From Chthoniobacterales bacterium (lineage in GTDB: Bacteria; Verrucomicrobiota; Verrucomicrobiia; Chthoniobacterales; UBA10450), in NCBI GenBank assembly GCA_013695925.1, contig JACCZO010000180.1, positions 1 to 34,713 on the forward strand: a stretch of DNA of 34,713 nucleotides, written 5' to 3'. Both the position numbers and the translations under genes were made by a program. The notes under the pieces are model-generated. The model was given only the letters and a program-made list of their open reading frames with translations, made no database searches and had not been told where the DNA came from. Shown piece by piece: positions 25,335 to 31,957 of this stretch; positions within the stretch are counted from its first letter, which is position 1, and every line of letters starts with the position of its first letter.

Positions 25335-25404
25335 TGTAGCCGGGGGCGTTGAACCCGGCGGGACGAGGTGGCCGCCAGGCCGGGGTCACCGCCCCCGGCT
25401 ACAA
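25335..25404. repeat. REP-like palindromic element, family GTAGCCGGGGGCG (copy 2)
   Basis: TGTAGCCGGGGGCG (25335-25348) is the reverse complement of CGCCCCCGGCTACA (25390-25403). It matches the arms of the 9595-9677 element. Confidence 0.7.
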
Positions 25405-25428
25405 CTGCGGTTTGCCTATTTCGTTTCA

Positions 25429-26556
25429 TCATGCCGGGACTTTCGCGAAGGTGGAGATGAGGCCGTTGCGGGTGAGGGTGAAATCCTGTTTGAACTCGCC
25501 GCGCTTAATCTTGCTCGTCACACTCTTGACGTAGTAGAGGCCGTCGAAGGCTTCTCCGACGCCGCGCAGCCCAACCAGCCGGCGCGCTTTCAGGACCTGG
25601 CCATAACGCGCGACGTTCAGGCTGCCCGTGGCGGTCACGGCCTCGACGCTTCGCGCCGCTTTCGTTAGGCCAAGGACGGCGGCGCGGATCGGCGAATAAT
25701 TCGCGGTCTCGTTGATCGGCTCGAGGTTGAGCGGGATCGGCGGGATCAAACCGAGCGGCGGATTGAGCGGCGAAATGTTCGGGATCGGAATGGGAACTGG
25801 GACATGGGTCTGCTGGTTTTGGATGTAAACGATCGGGATGACCGCACCCTGCGAACGGAAGCTGCAGGAGACGCTCTCGATGTTACTCGCCGCATCCATG
25901 TTGATGCTGAGCGCCTTTTGTGGCTCGCCCACCTTTATTTCTGGACCCCAGTAGGCCACGCTCATCCCCGGCTCCGGGCCGGGATCGACATAAAAGACGT
26001 AGCCAACCTCATCCGCGAGCGAGCGGATGTAGGCGAGGTCTTTGCCCTGCTGCACCGGGATGCGATCGGTCGGGATCGGGATATCGATTAGGATGCTCGG
26101 GATGACGAGCGGGACGATGCCGAGGAAAGCGTACTTGAGCAGGATCAATCCCACACGCGCTTCCGGCGGCATGGCGGGAAACGGGAACCCGCTGAAGTCG
26201 ATGTAATCCATCACCCGGCTGAGATCTTCACCGGTGATGGTGAGGACGGAATGCGAGGCATCGGCCCCGGGACGGATCTCGTGATTGGTCATCACGCCAT
26301 CCATTAGCACCTCGGCATTGCCGCCGACCGTGACGATGATTACCACCCTGACGAGTGGAATCGACGCGCCGCCTGCGAGAAGGAAGATGGTTTGGAGCGG
26401 CGAGCGATGGCTGAGGGTGAACTCGAGCTGGAAACCGCTCCCGCTCTCGCTGTTCGTGGTCACACTGAGGGAGGTCAGTGCCTCGAGCACCTCCTGCGAG
26501 ACCGGCACAGGCACGACCGGGCCGATCATGAGCGTGAGATGAAAACCATTAGCCAT
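25429..26556 (-). CDS. Phage late control gene D-like baseplate hub protein (Afp8 N-terminal part equivalent)
   Basis: The 375-aa product has a gpD/VgrG-N-like sequence (DLAYIRSLADEVGYVFYVDPGP...). It lies immediately upstream of the gpV spike and overlaps the LysM gene by 8 nt. Confidence 0.72.
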   Translation of the reverse strand: MANGFHLTLMIGPVVPVPVSQEVLEALTSLSVTTNSESGSGFQLEFTLSHRSPLQTIFLLAGGASIPLVRVVIIVTVGGNAEVLMDGVMTNHEIRPGADASHSVLTITGEDLSRVMDYIDFSGFPFPAMPPEARVGLILLKYAFLGIVPLVIPSILIDIPIPTDRIPVQQGKDLAYIRSLADEVGYVFYVDPGPEPGMSVAYWGPEIKVGEPQKALSINMDAASNIESVSCSFRSQGAVIPIVYIQNQQTHVPVPIPIPNISPLNPPLGLIPPIPLNLEPINETANYSPIRAAVLGLTKAARSVEAVTATGSLNVARYGQVLKARRLVGLRGVGEAFDGLYYVKSVTSKIKRGEFKQDFTLTRNGLISTFAKVPA

Positions 26557-26911
26557 TTTGTGCTCCGGGAATGTTCTCCGGCAGGGTGATGCGGAGGCGG
26601 CGGCCGACCGGCTCGATCAGTTCGTTAGGCCGAACCGCGCCGTTGGCGTCGCAAAGCCGCCAGAACTGCTCCGGATCGCCGAGATACTTCGCCGCGATTT
26701 GATCCAGCCGCTCCCCTTCGGTCACGCTGTGCTCCTGCAGGAGGGCGAAATTCTCCGGCGGCGGAACGAAGCGGCGCCGCAGATAAGCCACCTCGGTTCC
26801 GTCCGGCATCGTCAGCTTGGCGAGCGGCGTTTGGTGGTATCGGCTGTTGGCCGGGAAGGCCGGGGTGGCGGCGCCGGTTTGCTGGAGCAGGGCCTGGAGT
26901 TGATCGCTCAT
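26549..26911 (-). CDS. LysM-like / tail protein X-like protein
   Basis: The 120-aa product has a C-terminal HSVTEGERLDQIAAKYLGDPEQFWRLCDANG...GRRLRITLP region that is LysM-like. Its position matches the LysM part of Afp7. Confidence 0.68.
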   Translation of the reverse strand: MSDQLQALLQQTGAATPAFPANSRYHQTPLAKLTMPDGTEVAYLRRRFVPPPENFALLQEHSVTEGERLDQIAAKYLGDPEQFWRLCDANGAVRPNELIEPVGRRLRITLPENIPGAQNG

Positions 26912-26939
26912 TTTTCGTTAGCAAGAAAGACGGTTTCAT

Positions 26940-27021
26940 CCGCAGATTTCGCAGATTTACGCAGATTTCTTTCCGGCACTTCGGCGCTTCCTAAATCTGC
27001 GAAAATCTGCGTCATCCGCGG
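26940..27021. repeat. Palindromic CGCAGATT-repeat element (copy C, gene-less)
   Basis: CCGCAGATTTCGCAGATTTACGCAGATTT (26940-26968) is mirrored by AAATCTGCGAAAATCTGCGTCATCCGCGG (26993-27021). It fills the gap between the tube-like and LysM genes. Confidence 0.72.
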
Positions 27022-27026
27022 ACCTT

Positions 27027-27689
27027 TCATGAAATCCCCTTGATCCCGAAGTTGGCGAAGGATCCGTTAGGCGCGAGGCCCGCGAGCCGTTCCTTTTGCT
27101 GCTGGTAAATCATGTAAAGACTCCCCGCCTTGGCCTCGAAACCGACATCGTTCACACTCAGGACGCGCAGCCCGAGGCTGACCTTGGCCCGGATGGGATT
27201 GAGGTTCGGATCGAAGGCTTCCTCCGTGATGCTGAATTCCGTCAGGCGCACCGGGATGATCCGGTTCTTGCTCCAGATAAAAAGCGTAAGCGCGGACTGC
27301 ATCGGGATGATCTCGAGCGTGCCCGATTTCGAGAGCGCGTTGTTCGATTGCAACTGCTCGCTCGTCGGATAAACGATCGCCTCCAGCGCCGCGAGCTGCG
27401 GATGAATCCCGACCTCGACCGCGTTCGTATTTTGATCCGGAAACTCGAGCTGATCGGTCGCGTCGATCTCCGCATCGAGCTTGATCGTTTCCACCGGCGG
27501 CCCCTTCAGCCGCAATATCTCGGAACGATCACCGCCGCCATCCGCGCTCACGCCTTGGATTTGGAGCGAACGCGTCAGCGTGTCGGGATTGTATTGCAGC
27601 GAAATAATCCGCTGCACTGCGCCCGAGTCCGGATTCACGAGGACGATGCCGCCCTTGAGCAGTTTTGGTGAATTGGGAAAAGTGCTCAT
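27027..27689 (-). CDS. CIS tube-like protein (tube initiator / Afp7 N-terminal-like)
   Basis: The 220-aa product contains LLKGGIV...ISLQYNPDTLTRSL...LRLKGPPVETIKLDAEIDATD...IIPVRLTEFSITEEAFDPNLNPIRAKVSLGLRVL, resembling gp19/CIS-tube-fold proteins of eCIS loci. Confidence 0.68.
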   Translation of the reverse strand: MSTFPNSPKLLKGGIVLVNPDSGAVQRIISLQYNPDTLTRSLQIQGVSADGGGDRSEILRLKGPPVETIKLDAEIDATDQLEFPDQNTNAVEVGIHPQLAALEAIVYPTSEQLQSNNALSKSGTLEIIPMQSALTLFIWSKNRIIPVRLTEFSITEEAFDPNLNPIRAKVSLGLRVLSVNDVGFEAKAGSLYMIYQQQKERLAGLAPNGSFANFGIKGIS

Positions 27690-27692
27690 TCG

Positions 27693-29162
27693 TTAGGCAA
27701 GCTGGTCTCCTCCCTCGACCCGGTCGGGGCCGGCGTAGAGCGTGCCACTCGGCCGCTCCAACATTGCGCCCTGCTTCTTTTGGCCGCCGCTCGGCGCCGC
27801 GGCCGGTGCGGCCGTAGTCGTGATTTTGCAGGGACTGGTTTGATCGGTCAGGTCCTTGACGCACATCGAGCCCTTCTGCCAATCGTAGTTGTATTCCGGA
27901 CTCGCCCAGACGGCGGCCAGGTTCCCTTTGTGCGCAAAATAGAGCCGCTTGATTTTCGTCATGTTTTTCGCCGCTGTTTCTCCTTTCGCCAGGCCCTCGA
28001 TGCAGTCCTTGACCGCGTGCCCGTCGGCGCTTTTAAGTCCGCTCACCTGTTTGACCAGCGCTGCGTCCACCTCGCCTTCCTTGCCTTTCGGAATCTGACT
28101 CGGATCGGTCAGTTCGGTTCCGTCGGGCAGCACGAGGGGCGTAACCACGCTGACGATGCTCCAGCAGGTCATGCCGCGGGCCTTCTGCGCGCCGACATTT
28201 TGACGGAAGGTTTCCATCTCCTGCGGAGCGTCGCCGAGCTTGCAGCCACGAAAATCGATCAGCGCCGGTGCCTTGTCCGCAGGAATGCCCTTCAGATCCT
28301 TGCTCAAGTCGGAGAGCTTGACCCAGGAGATTGTCCCGATACCGGAGATGACCTGCACTTCGCCCGCGCGGTTCGAATGCGAGACGACGAAAATGGTGCC
28401 GATCGGTTTGCCTAACGCCAATAGCTTTTTCTTGGCATCTTCCCCACTGGTCACGCGGATGGCGGTCGGGGCGTAGCTTTTCCCTTCCGTCATCGCGTCC
28501 GCTTCGTCGCCGAAAACGATCGCCACATCGATCCGTTCTTCTGGTTTGGCGTCGTCGCGTTGCACCGCGTGACGGCCGGGCGCGGTCTGCTGTACGACAT
28601 GGGCGAGCTCGTGCGCGAGAAGTTTCTGGCCCGCCGCCGTCGCCGGCGCGTACCGCCCAGCGTTAAAAGCGATGTGGCTGCCCACGGTGTAGGCGTGCGC
28701 CCGAACGGCCCGCGCGCTTTCCGCCGCCCGCGAATCAGCATGAATGCGCACGTCTCCAAAATGATGACCGAAGTGGGAAGACATCCGGTCCCGCGTCGCC
28801 GAATCGAGCGGCTCGCCGCCGGATGCGACCACCTCATCCACGATCGGCGGCGAGGTCATGTCGCCGAGAGAGTCTCCGTTCCACGACGAGAGCCGCGCCC
28901 GGGACGCGCTCGAGCCTAACGAGTCGGCCGCCCGGTCCGCCTCCTCTTCCAAGGCGCTACCAGAAGCCGTCACAACCAGTTTGGCCTGCAGCTTCGCCGG
29001 CGGGCGCTCCGTCGCGCGCTGCTGCTTGCGACAGCTCTCGCATTCTCCCGCGGGCCCGGGGGTTCCACCGCAGGCGCATTTGCGCTGGAGCCGCGCACTC
29101 CGCCAGGGCGCGGACAGTTGCGCTGTGCTCGCCTGGGTTTGCAGTAGATTCGCCTCTTTCAT
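27693..29162 (-). CDS. DUF4157 domain protein 3 (Cys-rich leader + DUF4157 with HELAH + orphan ~285 aa C-terminal domain)
   Basis: Its parts are the leader LQRKCACGGTPGPAGECESC, EEEADRAAD, and the DUF4157 core PPIVDEVVASGGEPLD...FGHHFGDVRIHAD...AYTVGSHIAF...LLAHELAHVVQQ. It overlaps the upstream gene with ATGA. Confidence 0.85.
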   Translation of the reverse strand: MKEANLLQTQASTAQLSAPWRSARLQRKCACGGTPGPAGECESCRKQQRATERPPAKLQAKLVVTASGSALEEEADRAADSLGSSASRARLSSWNGDSLGDMTSPPIVDEVVASGGEPLDSATRDRMSSHFGHHFGDVRIHADSRAAESARAVRAHAYTVGSHIAFNAGRYAPATAAGQKLLAHELAHVVQQTAPGRHAVQRDDAKPEERIDVAIVFGDEADAMTEGKSYAPTAIRVTSGEDAKKKLLALGKPIGTIFVVSHSNRAGEVQVISGIGTISWVKLSDLSKDLKGIPADKAPALIDFRGCKLGDAPQEMETFRQNVGAQKARGMTCWSIVSVVTPLVLPDGTELTDPSQIPKGKEGEVDAALVKQVSGLKSADGHAVKDCIEGLAKGETAAKNMTKIKRLYFAHKGNLAAVWASPEYNYDWQKGSMCVKDLTDQTSPCKITTTAAPAAAPSGGQKKQGAMLERPSGTLYAGPDRVEGGDQLA

Positions 29163-31957
29163 GGCAGCGGATGGCGGGCGTTTAGTTGTTCCGCGAGGTC
29201 GACGATCTTGCTTTGGTGTCCGGCGATGATGTTACTGACCCGGCCGACGAGGGCGCGCAAAAGCAGGCGAGTCCGTTCCGGCGTCGTCGTTAGGGCAAAA
29301 AAATCGTCGCCGAGAACGATGGAAGTGCCCGGGCCGGCCGACCACGAAGTGGTTTTCGCCGCCGGATCGCGCTTCGCGTTCAGATCAGCGCGGACCCGAT
29401 TGAGCAGAGTCTTGTAACGGTCGGCCAGGCCCGCGACCGCAAAGCGATCGTCATCGGTCGGGAGGGCGGGCGGCGGCGTTAGGCCAAACTGCGCGGCGAT
29501 CAGCTTCATCGTTTCTTCGTAGTAGCTGTTGGTCCATTTCTTCTTCGGGGGACGCGATTCCACCATCGTGGAATAGGTGCTGGCCGTTTCCTGGTGGGAC
29601 CATTTCAACCAGTCCGCCAAGAGAGTGATGGCGTCGGCCACGCCGGATTTCTCGCCCGCGGCGACGGTCAGTTTGTCCACCGGAAGCTTCGGCCGGGCAA
29701 AGGACGGATCCGCCGCCAGCATGACGAAAAGCGAGTAACTGTCGGAGTTCTGCAGCGCCTGGTCCGGCGTCAGGCTGGCGATGCGGCGTTCGTGCCGGTA
29801 AGCGATATCAGTCGTGCCGGCCGTCTTCCCTGCGAGGCCCAGCCCCGGCGTGCCGTGGGCGGTTTCGTGGATGAAATTGCGTTTCCGTTCCTGCTTGCCG
29901 GCGCTCACGAAGGTCGGGCAAAGCGTCAGCGTCGCCTTCTTGCCTTCATCTTCGTTGTAGGCAATCGCTACCGTGCAGGTGCCGTTGCATAGCGTCCCGC
30001 AGCGATGTCGCTTTTTCTTCGCCACGATGTCCATTTGCGCCCGAACCTTCCCCAGGTTCGCGTCCAGCGTCGTCATCATCGCGGCCCCGCTGCCCGCGCC
30101 GCCTCCCCCCCCGAAAAACTCGTCCCGCAGATCGTTCGTACTTGCATCCGTTCCTGAGGTGAGAAGCCGGCGGGCCTTGTCGATTAATCCCTGCGCCTCC
30201 GTCCGTACCGCGACGAAATCCGTTTCGACGTTGGCGCTGCACGGCCCGGTGGCCGCCGTCTTTTTGCAATCAGGAACCGCGGAGGTGGCCCCGGCGGGCC
30301 CGATCTCGACCTCGCGCAAGCTGCGATAGTCGAGCCGTCCGTCGCCGACATCGGGCTTCGGGTCCGGCTTGCGTTTGCCGGTGTGTCCGACCGTCTTCAA
30401 TTCCGCATCGACCGCATTGATCCGCCGGTCGGCCAGGGTCCGGCCGATTGCCGGGGTCGTCGCCTCATCCTCGCTTACCCGACCGATGAGATCGAGATCG
30501 TCTCCGCTGTGCGCTCCGCCGCCGGCGATGAGGACGGCAAACTTTCCCTCCGAGCCGATCGCGACATCGTTGCGCTCAAAAAAGACGCTATGGGCGCCAG
30601 ACGAACCCATCCCGCTCTTGCGCCCCGTCACCTCCAGGCCCGCCGGAACGGCCCGCTGCACGGCGGGCGGCAGTGCGCTCTGCTGCAAGACGTGGGTCAA
30701 CTCGTGCGCGAGCAACTGGCGGCCGGCATTTGTCTCCGGGGCAAAGCTGCCGCCGGCAAAAACGACATCCTGCCCGACCGTGTAGGCCCGGGCCTGGACG
30801 GCGCGGGCCGATTCCGCCGCGCGTCCGTCGCGATGAATCCGCACGCTTCCAAACTCGTAACCGAAACGATCTTCCATGAACTCGCGCGTCGCGCGGTCGA
30901 GCGGTTCTCCGGACGATTGCAGTACCTGATCGACGATCGGGGGCGCGCTGCCCACTTCCTGATGGCCCGCGGCCTTGCGCTGGAGGGTTCCTTCTTCTTT
31001 TTTCTTCGGTTCCTCGCTCGTTTCGCCGCTCAGTTTGAAATCCGGAGCCCACGGGCCTAACGAACGTCGCGGCCCCGCGGCCGGGGCCCCGGGGCGGAAA
31101 CCGGGATCCTGCCCCACCGCCCCGAAGGAGAGCGGCGAGGTGCGCGGCGTCAGCTGGCCGGGAGCGAGCATCCGGCTCGAGACGTAGGCGTTGATCATCT
31201 CTTGCTCGCTCGCCTTCTCTTCATCGCTCTTGAGGCCTTCGCGAAACTTCGCCTGGTCCGCCGCCATCCGCGCGGTCTCGGCCCGGAACTTTTCGGTCTC
31301 GCTGAGCGTGGTTTTTTTGTCGCGCGTCTTTTCTTTGCCTAACGGAATGCTGAAGGTCGCGACCACCTTGGTCGGTTTATCGACCGGCCCTTCATAGGTG
31401 ATTTTCATCTTCAGGCCGGGCCTGATCTTATCGAGCGGGATCTCGGGAATTCCGATCGGCAATTCCTTGTGCGTGGCCGCGAGGGTCGCGACCGCTCCGG
31501 CAACGGCGGCGCCGGTAATGATCTTCCCCGGCAAGGTCGAAATGAAGGCGTCTCCGAGCTCTTCTGCTTTTTTTGTGATCTCTTTGCCCTGCGGAGTTTC
31601 GAGAAACGCTTCGCCCACCTTCTTGGCTGCTTCTTTGTATTTTTCCTCTTCGGATTTCGGCTTGGCCGGTTCTTCGCGTTGCACGGCACCGCCGCTACCT
31701 AACGAACTGATTGAAGGGCGGCCCGTGCGCCCCCCGCCGACCGCCTCTTCGGCTACCCGGTCGGCCTCCTGCTCGTACTGGTCGCCGGGCTGATTAATCG
31801 CCAACTTGGTCTGTAACGATAGCCGTTGCCGTTTGCACTCGGCACACTCCCCGGTCGGCCCGGGAGTTCCGCCGCAGGCGCACTTGCGCTGCAGCGTTGG
31901 TTGGGCGGAAAGCTTGCTGGCTGTGGCTTGGACAGGCTGAGCGACAGTTACTCTCAT
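29159..31957 (-). CDS. DUF4157 domain protein 2 (Cys-rich leader, ~300 aa K/E-rich linker, DUF4157 with HELTH, C-terminal aspzincin-like HExxH domain)
   Basis: Its parts are LQRKCACGGTPGPTGECAEC, EQEADRVAE, PPIVDQVLQSSGEPLD...FGYEFGSVRIHRD...LLAHELTHVLQQ, and then a second motif set, FIHETAHG...GTTDIAY...LQNSDSYSLF. There are ATGA overlaps at both ends. Confidence 0.85.
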   Translation of the reverse strand: MRVTVAQPVQATASKLSAQPTLQRKCACGGTPGPTGECAECKRQRLSLQTKLAINQPGDQYEQEADRVAEEAVGGGRTGRPSISSLGSGGAVQREEPAKPKSEEEKYKEAAKKVGEAFLETPQGKEITKKAEELGDAFISTLPGKIITGAAVAGAVATLAATHKELPIGIPEIPLDKIRPGLKMKITYEGPVDKPTKVVATFSIPLGKEKTRDKKTTLSETEKFRAETARMAADQAKFREGLKSDEEKASEQEMINAYVSSRMLAPGQLTPRTSPLSFGAVGQDPGFRPGAPAAGPRRSLGPWAPDFKLSGETSEEPKKKEEGTLQRKAAGHQEVGSAPPIVDQVLQSSGEPLDRATREFMEDRFGYEFGSVRIHRDGRAAESARAVQARAYTVGQDVVFAGGSFAPETNAGRQLLAHELTHVLQQSALPPAVQRAVPAGLEVTGRKSGMGSSGAHSVFFERNDVAIGSEGKFAVLIAGGGAHSGDDLDLIGRVSEDEATTPAIGRTLADRRINAVDAELKTVGHTGKRKPDPKPDVGDGRLDYRSLREVEIGPAGATSAVPDCKKTAATGPCSANVETDFVAVRTEAQGLIDKARRLLTSGTDASTNDLRDEFFGGGGGAGSGAAMMTTLDANLGKVRAQMDIVAKKKRHRCGTLCNGTCTVAIAYNEDEGKKATLTLCPTFVSAGKQERKRNFIHETAHGTPGLGLAGKTAGTTDIAYRHERRIASLTPDQALQNSDSYSLFVMLAADPSFARPKLPVDKLTVAAGEKSGVADAITLLADWLKWSHQETASTYSTMVESRPPKKKWTNSYYEETMKLIAAQFGLTPPPALPTDDDRFAVAGLADRYKTLLNRVRADLNAKRDPAAKTTSWSAGPGTSIVLGDDFFALTTTPERTRLLLRALVGRVSNIIAGHQSKIVDLAEQLNARHPLP

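Noticed and set aside
25321-25389. GTG-start extension of the spike ORF (MTPAWRPPRPAGFNAPGYSPRTV)
   Set aside because: The extension is a translation of the REP-like palindrome at 25335-25404. The conserved gpV N-terminus follows the ATG at 25320.
1841-31704. Interpreting the CGTTAGG heptamer as a Chi site, a KOPS/FtsK-orienting sequence, or an artefact or planted watermark
   Set aside because: The orientation is balanced (22 vs 23) across a window with no obvious replication switch, which argues against polar Chi/KOPS words. An artefactual insertion would have created in-frame TAG/TAA stops in about a third of the coding copies, yet all long ORFs are intact.
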